Source: Dehalococcoidia bacterium
Lineage (GTDB): Bacteria; Chloroflexota; Dehalococcoidia; Plut-88900
Assembly: GCA_965197645.1 (NCBI GenBank)
Contig: OZ240219.1
Coordinates: 1,760,001-1,824,000, forward strand
Length of the DNA: 64,000 nucleotides
Reading direction: 5' to 3'
Shown piece after piece: positions 9,851 through 18,965 of the stretch. The position numbers were made by a program, and so were the translations under genes. Position 1 is the first letter of the stretch, and the number at the start of each line of letters is the position of its first letter. The notes beneath the pieces are model-generated. The model saw only the letters and a list, made by a program, of their open reading frames with translations, was not told the DNA's origin and did not search any database.

Positions 9851-11785
9851 TTAGCCCGTCGCGAAGAAGAAGGCCGCTACAATAACGATAAGCCCAATGG
9901 AGATCGCCACACCATAGGTCTGGACCTGTCCCGTCTGCAATCTGCCTATAGCCCGACCCAAGTTTCGCCCTATCAACCCAACGGTGTTGACCACCCGGTC
10001 GACGAGGTGCCGATCGAACTTGTCGCAGAAGTTGGCCACGAACGCGTAGATCCCCTTCTTTACTATCAGGTCTTCGTAAAGCTCGTCGAAATAGTACTTC
10101 TTGACAAGAATGGTGTGGACGGGCTTGAAGGTAGAGATGATGGTATCGGGGGTTACCACCTTGGCCACGTAGACGGCATAGGCCACTACGATGCCCGCTG
10201 CGGCGACAATTGACGAGGATGCGGCAATACCGACGGAGAACTTCTCGCCGTGATCGTCCAGAAAGTAGCCCATCCAGCTATCTGGCACACCGATGAAGGA
10301 GAAGCCCGGTAGGCTGGCGAGTCCCGCTGCGAAGGCGCCGGCGGCCAGCACTATCAGGGGGATCAACATAATTGTCGGGGACTCGTGGGGCGCTCCGCCG
10401 TGATGGGCATCGTCGTCATGCGCCTCAGCCGTCTCGCCTCGGTACTGACCGGTGAAGGTGAGGAAGACGAGCCTGAAGATGTAAACGGAGGTGAGGAAGG
10501 CAGCGATGATGGCGAGAATAAAGACACCCTTCTCTTCGTTCCAGGCGACGTGGAGTATCTCGTCTTTGCTCCAGAAGCCGGCCAGCGGCGGTATTCCGGC
10601 GATGGACAAGGCCCCGATCAAGAAGGTGGCGAAGGTCCAGGGCATCGGCCGCATGAGGCCGCCCAGGCGACGAATATCTACGTCGTACTTCTCGCCGACC
10701 CCGTGGATCACACTTCCGGCTCCGAGGAACAGGAGCGCCTTGAAGAAGGCGTGGGTGAACAGGTGGAACATGGCCGCCGGCAGGGAGCCGACTCCCAGAG
10801 CCAGCATCATGAATCCCAGCTGGCTGACCGTGGAATATGCCAGGACACGCTTGAAATCGGTCATCACCAGGCCCATGGTGGCCGCGAACAAGGCGGTGCC
10901 GGCTCCGATGTAGGCCACTGTCTGCATAGCGCTGGTGGACTCCTCGAACAGAGGGAAGAACCGAGCGACCAGGAATACGCCGGCGGCGACCATGGTGGCG
11001 GCATGGATCAGGGCGCTGACGGGTGTGGGGCCTTCCATGGCGTCGGGAAGCCACGTGTGGAGGGGGAACTGGCCCGACTTGCCCGCCGCGCCGGCGAATA
11101 TGCCCAGGGCTATCAGGGTCAGGGCCATGCCACTCAGGATGCCGGCTTCGGCCATGTGGTGAAGGGCCGCTATGTCGAAGCCTTTGGAGCCCACTGTGAA
11201 GTAGACCCCCAGTATCGCTATGAGGAAACCGAGGTCTCCGAATCGGGTAACGATGAACGCTTTCTTCGCTGCTGCTGCGGCCGAGGGTCGCTGGAACCAG
11301 AACCCGATGAGCAGGTAGGAAGAGAGACCGACCAACTCCCAGAAAACGTAGACCATTATCAGGTTGTCCGCCAATACAATACCCAGCATGGAGAAGGTGA
11401 ACAAAGACATGTAGGCGAAGAACCGGGAGACGGACTCGTCGTCCTTCATGTAGCCGATGGAGTAGACCTGGACCATAAGGCTGACGCCCGTCACCACGAA
11501 GAGCATCACCGCCGTCAAGGAGTCCATCATGATGCCGAGCCTGATGTCCAGGGGCCCGACCTCCATCCACGTGTGGCTGGCGTACTCGATGACGTGGCCC
11601 GGCTCGCCGATGACCGAGCCCAGCGCCCAGATGGACAATGCCAACGACCCGCCGATTCCCGCAACGGCTGCAACGCCGCTGAGCAGCGAAGTAGAGCCGA
11701 TGAGGGGCCTGATGACAAGGAATATCAGTGTAAAGGAGACGAGGGGAAGGAAGAGTATGAGCCAGGCCGCTGATTCGGGGAGCAT
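9851..11785 (-). CDS. nuoL: NADH-quinone oxidoreductase subunit L
   Basis: WELVGLSSYLLIGFW, GKSGQFPLHTWLPDAMEGPTPVSALIHAATMV, HAFFKALLFL, LQTG near the C-terminus. Confidence 0.95.
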   Translation of the reverse strand: MLPESAAWLILFLPLVSFTLIFLVIRPLIGSTSLLSGVAAVAGIGGSLALSIWALGSVIGEPGHVIEYASHTWMEVGPLDIRLGIMMDSLTAVMLFVVTGVSLMVQVYSIGYMKDDESVSRFFAYMSLFTFSMLGIVLADNLIMVYVFWELVGLSSYLLIGFWFQRPSAAAAAKKAFIVTRFGDLGFLIAILGVYFTVGSKGFDIAALHHMAEAGILSGMALTLIALGIFAGAAGKSGQFPLHTWLPDAMEGPTPVSALIHAATMVAAGVFLVARFFPLFEESTSAMQTVAYIGAGTALFAATMGLVMTDFKRVLAYSTVSQLGFMMLALGVGSLPAAMFHLFTHAFFKALLFLGAGSVIHGVGEKYDVDIRRLGGLMRPMPWTFATFLIGALSIAGIPPLAGFWSKDEILHVAWNEEKGVFILAIIAAFLTSVYIFRLVFLTFTGQYRGETAEAHDDDAHHGGAPHESPTIMLIPLIVLAAGAFAAGLASLPGFSFIGVPDSWMGYFLDDHGEKFSVGIAASSSIVAAAGIVVAYAVYVAKVVTPDTIISTFKPVHTILVKKYYFDELYEDLIVKKGIYAFVANFCDKFDRHLVDRVVNTVGLIGRNLGRAIGRLQTGQVQTYGVAISIGLIVIVAAFFFATG

Positions 11786-11983
11786 CTATATCTTCCTGAG
11801 TATCTCGTCGGCGACGTGTTCGCGGCCTTTGGGAACGTAAACGATGAAGGGGACGGTCTCGGACCAGGACAGGATGTCGCCTTCGGGGAGGATTCTGGTG
11901 GGAAGGCCTTCGCCCTCCATCAGCTCCTTCCACATCTCGGCGAGCATCAGGTTGGGGACTCTTTTGTACTCTATCCAGCTCAA
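11786..11983 (-). CDS. Small hypothetical protein inside the nuo operon (DUF2007/PII-like fold suspected)
   Basis: TTG start at 11983 gives (M)SWIEYKRVPNLMLAEMWKELMEGEGLPTRIL...VYVPKGREHVADEILRKI; fills the nuoK-nuoL gap and its stop abuts the nuoL ATG. Confidence 0.65.
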   Translation of the reverse strand: MSWIEYKRVPNLMLAEMWKELMEGEGLPTRILPEGDILSWSETVPFIVYVPKGREHVADEILRKI

Positions 11984-12006
11984 GGTAGTTGTGTTGACTT
12001 GCGGGC

Positions 12007-12315
12007 CTAGCCTCGTAGGGTGTCGACGTCTCCCGCGTTCACGCTTTCTCTCGTCCGGTACACGGCTATAACCACGGCCAAGCCCAGGGCTACCTCGGCT
12101 GCCGCCACTGTAATGATGAACAATGCAAAGACCTGGCCGGTCAGCAACGTCGGAGTTGCGTACCTGGAGAAGGCAACGAAGGCGACGTTCACGGAGTTGA
12201 ACATGATCTCGATGCACATGAGGATGGCCACTATGTTGCTCTTGACCAGCGCGCCCCACAGGCCTATGCCAAACAGGATGGCGGACAGCGTCAGGAAATG
12301 TTCCAGTCCGATCAT
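12007..12315 (-). CDS. nuoK: NADH-quinone oxidoreductase subunit K
   Basis: MCIEIMFNS, GQVFALFIITVAAAEVALGLA. Confidence 0.95.
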   Translation of the reverse strand: MIGLEHFLTLSAILFGIGLWGALVKSNIVAILMCIEIMFNSVNVAFVAFSRYATPTLLTGQVFALFIITVAAAEVALGLAVVIAVYRTRESVNAGDVDTLRG

Positions 12316-12341
12316 TCAGCTGTTATCTCAGTTTCGATTTG

Positions 12342-12830
12342 CTACTTTTCTCGAGCTATGACTATTGCGCCCAGCATGGCGGCCAGCAGCAGCACCGAAG
12401 CGAGCTCGAAGGGCAGCACGAACTTGTTGAACAGTGCGTCTGCCAGTACCTCGGTGGTGGCGTCGGGCGGACTCTCGGCCGACTCGGGCCAGTTAGTCGT
12501 GAATATGGCGACGATGATCGCCGAGCATATCACGCCGACCAGAAACAACCCCGGCGCCATGAGCCGGTTGGAGGGGTTGCCCCGCTGGGTGTCCCGGGTG
12601 AGCATGATGGCGAATATGAGCAGAATGGATATGGCCCCGGCATAGATGAGGACCTGGGCAACGGCGAGGAAATCGGCCCGCAGAATGACATACAGCCCGG
12701 CTACCGCCAGGAAGGAGAGGACCAGGAACAGGGAGGCCCTGAAGATGTCCTTGAGAAGCACGACCGCCGCCGACGATACCACGGCCAGTATGGCCAGTAC
12801 CCAGAAGGCGATACCGATTCCTACTTCCAT
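12342..12830 (-). CDS. nuoJ: NADH-quinone oxidoreductase subunit J
   Basis: AQVLIYAGAISILLIFAIML, PFELASVLLLAAMLGAI. Confidence 0.95.
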   Translation of the reverse strand: MEVGIGIAFWVLAILAVVSSAAVVLLKDIFRASLFLVLSFLAVAGLYVILRADFLAVAQVLIYAGAISILLIFAIMLTRDTQRGNPSNRLMAPGLFLVGVICSAIIVAIFTTNWPESAESPPDATTEVLADALFNKFVLPFELASVLLLAAMLGAIVIAREK

Positions 12831-12833
12831 CTC

Positions 12834-13415
12834 TTAGGTCTGGTCTCCCTCAGGCGCCGGTTGTCCCGGCTTCTTCGCCGATTGGGGCACAGGCTCCCCT
12901 TCCTCTGCCCAGCGGCCCTCCCACGGTCTGCCAGCCACGTCCGAAGGCATGGAGTAGTCCGCTACGTACTGGATGCCGTCCAGGTTGGGGCGGAAGAAGG
13001 CGCTGGGCTGGTTGGTCTTGCCCCTCAACTCCTCGACGTCGATGACCATGTTGGTGCGCTCGTAGGTAGCGCGCTCGAAGCCGCTGCCCATGTACAGAGC
13101 ATCGTAGGGGCAGGCCTCCACGCAGAGGCCGCAGAACATGCAGCGCCCGCCGTCGATATCGAACACGTCAATAGCGTAGTCGAGCCCCTGCTTGGGGTCG
13201 CCCTCGGGATGAGTAACTATGCGGATCGTGCCCAAGGGGCAGTATTTGGCACAGGAGGCGCAGCCGGTGCACCGGTCTTCGTACCAGATAAACTCGTAGC
13301 CGCGGAAGCGGGGGCCCCTTCGGACGTACTCGTCGGGGTACTGGACGGTGAACGGCTTCCGAAATAGATGCTTCAGGGTGACCATCAGGCCTTTTGCGAT
13401 TCCCAGTCCGTACAT
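12834..13415 (-). CDS. nuoI: NADH-quinone oxidoreductase subunit I
   Basis: TVQYP, two CxxCxxCxxxCP ferredoxin motifs. Confidence 0.95.
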   Translation of the reverse strand: MYGLGIAKGLMVTLKHLFRKPFTVQYPDEYVRRGPRFRGYEFIWYEDRCTGCASCAKYCPLGTIRIVTHPEGDPKQGLDYAIDVFDIDGGRCMFCGLCVEACPYDALYMGSGFERATYERTNMVIDVEELRGKTNQPSAFFRPNLDGIQYVADYSMPSDVAGRPWEGRWAEEGEPVPQSAKKPGQPAPEGDQT

Positions 13416-14623
13416 TACTCGCTTCCTCCCCTGACCGGCGTTACAAATGTCCCGAATCTATCGAATCTACGAGGCACCACGTCTCTCTTCTGGCCCGGGA
13501 ACCTCAGGAAGGTGCTCATGGCTACAATCAGGATGGCGGCGATAGCGATGTTGACCGGGATCAGCCATGGCGGCAGTCCATCGTCCCAGACCACCACTTC
13601 TACAGCGGCAATGGCGGCGTTGACCAGAGAGAGGGGGAACATGAACTTCCAGGCCAGGGCCATCACCTGATCGATGCGCAGCCTGGGCAACGTGGCGCGG
13701 GTCCACACGAATAAACCGAACAGGAAGAGTATCTTGATCAGCAGCCAGATGTAGCCGGGGAAGCCGGGGCCTTCCCATCCGCTGAGGAAAAGGGTGGCTA
13801 TGACGGCGGCGTAGCCGACAAGGGCTATGCCCTCGGCTGTAAGGAACATGACAAACTTCATGCCGCTGTACTCGGTGTGGAACCCGGCGATGATCTCGGA
13901 TTCCGCTTCAAGGAGGTCGAAGGGAGTGCGGTTCAGCTCGGCGGAGACGGCGATGAAGAGGATGATGAACCCCAGGGGCTGATAGAGGATCATGGGCCAG
14001 CTGGACTGAGCCAGCACGATATCGTTGAGGCTCATGGAGCCGACCACCAGGACCACGCCCATTATGGACAGGACCAGGGGTATCTCGTAGCTGACCAGCA
14101 CCGCGACGGCCCTCATCGCTCCGAAAAGGGCGTACTTGTTGTTGGAGGCCCAGCCCGCCATGAACACAGCTATCGTGTCCAGGGCTGTGATGGCGACGAT
14201 GAACAGGATCCCTACGTTCAGATCGGTGAGGAAGGTTTTGCCGCCGAAGGGGATAACGGTAAACATCAAAAGCACCGGCACCATCATCGCTACCGGCGCG
14301 ATGTTGAAGACTATCTTATCGGCACCGGCGGGTACCAGGTCCTCCTTGGTCAATATCTTGATACCGTCCGCTGCAGGCTGAAGGATGCCAAAGGGGCCTA
14401 CCCTGTTGGGGCCGAGCCGGTTCTGCAACCGGCCCAACAGCCGCCTCTCCATCCAGATCATCAGGGGGACTAGGATCATGGGCACGTTGACCACTATCAA
14501 CACGCTGAGGAAGCCGATTACCAGGTAGATGACCCAACCCTCGACGGAGTCGGGAAGTGCCCACTCCAACCAACCGGTGATGGTCTCTCCCAGCTTGGCC
14601 CACAGCTCGTAGAACCAGTCCAT
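13415..14623 (-). CDS. nuoH: NADH-quinone oxidoreductase subunit H
   Basis: ERRLLGRLQNRLGPNRVG, NRTPFDLLEAESE, RATLPRLRIDQ. Confidence 0.95.
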   Translation of the reverse strand: MDWFYELWAKLGETITGWLEWALPDSVEGWVIYLVIGFLSVLIVVNVPMILVPLMIWMERRLLGRLQNRLGPNRVGPFGILQPAADGIKILTKEDLVPAGADKIVFNIAPVAMMVPVLLMFTVIPFGGKTFLTDLNVGILFIVAITALDTIAVFMAGWASNNKYALFGAMRAVAVLVSYEIPLVLSIMGVVLVVGSMSLNDIVLAQSSWPMILYQPLGFIILFIAVSAELNRTPFDLLEAESEIIAGFHTEYSGMKFVMFLTAEGIALVGYAAVIATLFLSGWEGPGFPGYIWLLIKILFLFGLFVWTRATLPRLRIDQVMALAWKFMFPLSLVNAAIAAVEVVVWDDGLPPWLIPVNIAIAAILIVAMSTFLRFPGQKRDVVPRRFDRFGTFVTPVRGGSE

Positions 14624-15726
14624 TAGCGGTCGACCTCACCCATGTTGATGTCTATGCTGCCGAATATCACGATGAGGTCGGCCAGCTTGTACCCGACGAT
14701 CAAGTCTCGCAGGACGGTGAGATTGATGAAAGAGGGAGACCTGATCTTGCACCGGTAGGGAGAGATGGAGTTATCACTGACCAGGTAGAATCCCAACTCG
14801 CCTTTGGGGGCCTCTACGTGAGCGTAGGCGTCTCCCACGGGCGGGCGGATCAGCGCCGGCGCATCGGCGCGGAAGGGGCCCGGCGGCATCTGCTGCATCG
14901 CCTGCTTCACTATCCGCACGCTCTCTCGCATCTCCTCCAACCGCACAAGGAACCGATCATAGGTATCGCCAACGGCGCCCACTGGCACGTCAAAGTCAAA
15001 GCGGTCGTACACCTCGTAGGGATCGGTCTTTCGTAGGTCCCAGGGAACGCCGCTGGCGCGGAGTACGGGGCCGGTGACCGAGCAGTTGATGGCCTTGTCC
15101 TTGGGCAGTATGGCCAGGTCCTTGGTGCGGGAGACCAGTATCTCGTTCTCTCGGAGGAGCTGTTCGTACTCGTCTATGTAGCCCGGCATCTCGTCTATGA
15201 ACTTGGTGATGGCGGGCATGAACTCATCGGGCAGGTCGCCGCTCACGCCGCCTATGCGCATGTAGCTGTAGGTGATGCGTGCGCCGCACACCAGCTCGAA
15301 CAGGTCCAGTATCTTTTCTCGCTCTCGAAACATATACATTAGCGGAGTGGCCAGGGCGCCCAGGTCATTGATGAAGAAACCGAGTCCCATGCAGTGGCTG
15401 GCGATGCGCATAAGCTCGGCCATGACCACGCGGATGTACTTGGCCCGCTCCGGCGGCTCTATGCCAGCCAGCTTCTCGGCGGCGAGCACGTAGGCCAGGT
15501 TGTTGGACATGGATGCGAGGTAGTCCAGCCGGTCTGTGAGTGTGATGACCTGGGTGTAGGTGCGCTCTTCTCCGAGCTTTTCCGTCCCTCGATGCAGGTA
15601 TCCGAATATCGGCTCGAGCTCGGTGACCACCTCTCCATCGAAGGTGACGCGCATTCGGAACACCCCGTGGGTGCTCGGGTGCTGGGGCCCGATGTTGACC
15701 ATTACCTCTTCGGTCTTAAGCGTCAA
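14623..15726 (-). CDS. nuoD: NADH-quinone oxidoreductase subunit D
   Basis: [35 protein letters not shown]-terminal GEVDR. Confidence 0.95.
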   Translation of the reverse strand: MTLKTEEVMVNIGPQHPSTHGVFRMRVTFDGEVVTELEPIFGYLHRGTEKLGEERTYTQVITLTDRLDYLASMSNNLAYVLAAEKLAGIEPPERAKYIRVVMAELMRIASHCMGLGFFINDLGALATPLMYMFREREKILDLFELVCGARITYSYMRIGGVSGDLPDEFMPAITKFIDEMPGYIDEYEQLLRENEILVSRTKDLAILPKDKAINCSVTGPVLRASGVPWDLRKTDPYEVYDRFDFDVPVGAVGDTYDRFLVRLEEMRESVRIVKQAMQQMPPGPFRADAPALIRPPVGDAYAHVEAPKGELGFYLVSDNSISPYRCKIRSPSFINLTVLRDLIVGYKLADLIVIFGSIDINMGEVDR

Positions 15727-15787
15727 GACTACTTTCTCCCCTCAACGGGACGGGTTGCACTACCCGAATTGAAAGGACCATTTGAGT

Positions 15788-16234
15788 TCATGCGGTGGTG
15801 AAGTCCTTGCGATGGGGATGGCCTTCGAAGCCTTCCCAAAGCAGTATCCGCTTCAGGTTGGGGTGACCGGAGAAGCTCACCCCCAGCAGGTCGTAAATCT
15901 CTCTCTCCTGAAAGTTGGCGCCCTCCCAAATACCGATCATGGAGGGGACGATAGGCTCTTCCCTATCGTAGACCCGCGTCTTCAACACTACCCTATGGTT
16001 GTGCTGGATGGAGACGAGATGATACACCATCTCGAAGTAATCGATGAAATCGGTCCCGGTCACCGCCGATAGAAAGTCCGTGCTAAGTTCAGGAGTGTCG
16101 TGGCAGTAGCGAGCCACCTGCTCCAGGGACTCGACATTAAGGAGTATGCACTCCCCTTCGGCTTCTAGCACCGAGCCTGGGAACTGCTCCTGGAGGTTCT
16201 GGTAAAGCTGGTTTACATCCAGCGGGGTAGTCAC
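15788..16234 (-). CDS. nuoC: NADH-quinone oxidoreductase subunit C
   Basis: ANFQEREIYDLLGVSFSGHPNLKRIL...GHPHRKDF. Confidence 0.95.
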   Translation of the reverse strand: MTTPLDVNQLYQNLQEQFPGSVLEAEGECILLNVESLEQVARYCHDTPELSTDFLSAVTGTDFIDYFEMVYHLVSIQHNHRVVLKTRVYDREEPIVPSMIGIWEGANFQEREIYDLLGVSFSGHPNLKRILLWEGFEGHPHRKDFTTA

Positions 16235-16240
16235 CGCAGG

Positions 16241-16855
16241 CTAGCTCTTCTTCTTGGCGATGCTGTATTTCTTGATCTTGTTCTGGAGCTGCATCAGCCC
16301 GTACAGCAGGGCGTCGGGACGGGGCGGGCATCCGGGGATGTAGACATCGACGGGAACTATTCGATTGACGCCCGGGACTACGCTGTAGGCCTCGTAGTAG
16401 GGGCCGCCGCTGGTGGCGCAGACCCCCATCGAGATGACCCACTTGGGCTCCGCCATCTGATCGTAGATGCGCTTGATGGGCACGGCCATCTTCCAGGTAA
16501 CGGTGCCGGCCACCACCATCAGATCGGCCTGGCGGGGGGAAGCTCGAAAGGCCTCCATGCCGAACCTGGCGATATCGTAGCGGGACATCGCCGTGCCGAT
16601 CATCTCGAAGGCGCAGCAGGCGAGCCCGAAGGTCAAGGGCCAGACGGCGTTCCTTCGACCCCAGTTCAGTACGAAGTCCACTGAGCTGACCAGGAGGTTG
16701 CGCTTCAGGTCGTCCGGCACCTCGATGACGGGATCGGGATAGGGGACCTTGGACGAGTCCTTTAGCGCCTGTACCTCGGCGCCTTCGGACTTGTCCAACG
16801 CCTGGATTTCGATGGGAGTTCCGAGTATTTCGATGCCCTGCTGCTTCTCTGCCAC
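16241..16855 (-). CDS. nuoB: NADH-quinone oxidoreductase subunit B
   Basis: [33 protein letters not shown]; start uncertain (GTG 16855; ORF is open to 16897). Confidence 0.9.
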   Translation of the reverse strand: MAEKQQGIEILGTPIEIQALDKSEGAEVQALKDSSKVPYPDPVIEVPDDLKRNLLVSSVDFVLNWGRRNAVWPLTFGLACCAFEMIGTAMSRYDIARFGMEAFRASPRQADLMVVAGTVTWKMAVPIKRIYDQMAEPKWVISMGVCATSGGPYYEAYSVVPGVNRIVPVDVYIPGCPPRPDALLYGLMQLQNKIKKYSIAKKKS

Positions 16856-16856
16856 G

Positions 16857-17228
16857 TTAGCTCCATTCCAGGGCCTTTTTACGCCATGCGTAACCAAAAC
16901 CGACGAGTAGTATAGCGATGAATATGCCCATTTCTATCAGGCCGAATAGCTTCAGCTGGTCCAGATGTACCGCCCACGGGAAGAGAAAGACAACCTCGAC
17001 GTCAAAGATCACGAACAGCAGGGCAAAGAAGTAGTACCGGAAGTTGTACCTCACCCAGGAGCCGCCCACGGTCTGCATGCCGGACTCATAGGTCTCCGAC
17101 TTGACGGGGTTGGGATTTCTAGGCTTCACGCCAACGTAGGACAGGGCCATGGGAATAAGGATCATGGTGGTGGGAATGAAGGTGGCCAGAAGCAGGTAGA
17201 TTCCGATGTAGCCGAAGTCGGCAAGCAC
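16857..17228 (-). CDS. nuoA: NADH-quinone oxidoreductase subunit A
   Basis: [29 protein letters not shown]; GTG start at 17228 preceded by AGGAGG. Confidence 0.95.
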   Translation of the reverse strand: MLADFGYIGIYLLLATFIPTTMILIPMALSYVGVKPRNPNPVKSETYESGMQTVGGSWVRYNFRYYFFALLFVIFDVEVVFLFPWAVHLDQLKLFGLIEMGIFIAILLVGFGYAWRKKALEWS

Positions 17229-17391
17229 GATTCTTCCTCCTGTCCGACGTTCGGCAAAATATATCACAAGCCCTGGGGGTCTGCAAGTGAAATTCACCAC
17301 AATTTAAAGCGGAAAACCAACGTGCGTTGACACTGCTCTCCGCGGCGGGGTAAATTTGGGCGATTTCACAAGTCAGGAGCGGTGGCGAAAC

Positions 17392-18021
17392 ATGATAATC
17401 AAGGTAGTTGTGGTTGGGCCCTACATGGAAAACACCTATATCGTCGGTTCCGAGGAATCGAAGGGGTGCGCGCTGGTCGATGCAGGAGCGGACGCCCCTT
17501 CCATCCTGAGCGCAGTCGAGGACTCGGGGCTGGAGGTGAAATACCTGCTGACGACCCACGGCCACGAGGACCACGTGGGCGCCGTCGCGGCGGTTCAGGA
17601 GTCCACCAACGCAACCTTCGCCGTCCACGCCAACGATGTTTCGATGTGGCAGGACTCCTCGGACGGCGAGTCCGTCATTCCCGACTATCGCACTCCCCCC
17701 GATCCGGACCTGTATCTCAAGCAGGACGATGAGGTGGAGATAGGGGACCTGCGATTCCAGGTGATCGAGACCCACGGCCACACCCCCGGCGGCATCTCCT
17801 TCTATGGACACGGGGTGGTGTTTACCGGCGATACCCTGTTCAAGGGCAGCGTCGGCAGGACCGACTTTGCCGGCGGCGATTGGGACCAGCTGATGAACAG
17901 CATCAAAACCAAGCTGCTGGTATTGCCCGAGGACACGATAGTCCTGCCCGGCCATGGCCCCCACTCGACCATCGGCGATGAGAAGCGCCGGAACCCCTTT
18001 GTAGGAGAGGCAGCGGGGTAA
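17392..18021 (+). CDS. MBL-fold metallo-hydrolase (glyoxalase II-like)
   Basis: THGHEDH, GHTPGG, FTGDTLF, PGHG motifs. Confidence 0.9.
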   Translation: MIIKVVVVGPYMENTYIVGSEESKGCALVDAGADAPSILSAVEDSGLEVKYLLTTHGHEDHVGAVAAVQESTNATFAVHANDVSMWQDSSDGESVIPDYRTPPDPDLYLKQDDEVEIGDLRFQVIETHGHTPGGISFYGHGVVFTGDTLFKGSVGRTDFAGGDWDQLMNSIKTKLLVLPEDTIVLPGHGPHSTIGDEKRRNPFVGEAAG

Positions 18022-18070
18022 GAGTGCGGGCTCTGTGGTTGTTCATGGACGAAGGTGGACCATCAGCGCA

Positions 18071-18937
18071 CTAATCCGATTTCTTCTCTAGCTCTTTGAT
18101 GCGCTGTTTTAGCGAATCTAGATTCCATACCTCATCGGTAAAGGCAAGCACCTGCTTTAGGTCTTGAGCTGCGTCTCTGGTCTGACCGAGTTCCTCTAAA
18201 ACATCCGCACGCTCTTTACGGCTATCTAAGTCAATTGGATTTACTGCCAAGGCACGATCCAATATAGCCTTGGCCGCATTTAGATCAGATGTCGCGTCGT
18301 CTGTCCGGTCAAGATGTTTTTGAAGCCTGGCTCGCTTAATCAGAGCTGGTACGTACCAAGGGTCGTCCGTTAGCGCATTGCCATAGTCGTCTATCGCTTT
18401 GTTATATAAGCCTGATGGCGTTTCCGTTTCGCTAATTTTTTCCAGTTCGTCTAATGGAGTATCAATGGCACGAAGCGCAAACGATGAGTATTCCAACTGT
18501 GCAAAAACTTGTAATTCGAAGGCTAATCTACGTAAGACGTCCGCCCTACTCGTAAACCATCTCGCTTTGTGGGAAGCAACCTCAACTGCTTTATTGTATG
18601 CAGATAGTGCTTGTTGCTTATCGCCTCCTTCGAATTGGTCGGCTTGACCTCTTATGCCGTAAGCCAAGGCAAGGGCGTCATTTACTTTCTCGTTTCGGCG
18701 CCCCGTTCTATGGGCAAGTTGTTCCAGCATTCCTTCAGTGACAATGGAACCGTAACGATCCATAGACTGCAAAGCGTTGTCAATGGCCCTGTCAACCGGG
18801 TCCTTCCAGAAGCGCCTTTTGACTTTTCCAAGCCAGGTTTGGTTTCGAGGATCCTCGAAAGCGTCGCGACTTCCACAGTTCGGACAGAACAGCACCTGTT
18901 TCTTAGCGCCAACGCCGCAGTGTCTACAGCTCTTCAC
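18071..18937 (-). CDS. Zinc-ribbon plus TPR-repeat protein (low GC)
   Basis: CRHC...CPNC N-terminus; repeated TPR-like helices (AIDDYGNAL, ALAVNP); visibly AT-richer than the flanks. Confidence 0.7.
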   Translation of the reverse strand: MKSCRHCGVGAKKQVLFCPNCGSRDAFEDPRNQTWLGKVKRRFWKDPVDRAIDNALQSMDRYGSIVTEGMLEQLAHRTGRRNEKVNDALALAYGIRGQADQFEGGDKQQALSAYNKAVEVASHKARWFTSRADVLRRLAFELQVFAQLEYSSFALRAIDTPLDELEKISETETPSGLYNKAIDDYGNALTDDPWYVPALIKRARLQKHLDRTDDATSDLNAAKAILDRALAVNPIDLDSRKERADVLEELGQTRDAAQDLKQVLAFTDEVWNLDSLKQRIKELEKKSD

Positions 18938-18965
18938 AACCTGCCTCCGCCCAACATCGTGGCGG

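Noticed and set aside
6878-11933. Long antisense/alternate-frame ORFs (419, 462, 502 aa) over nuoN/nuoL
   Set aside because: Typical high-GC shadow ORFs of well-conserved genes; no motifs.
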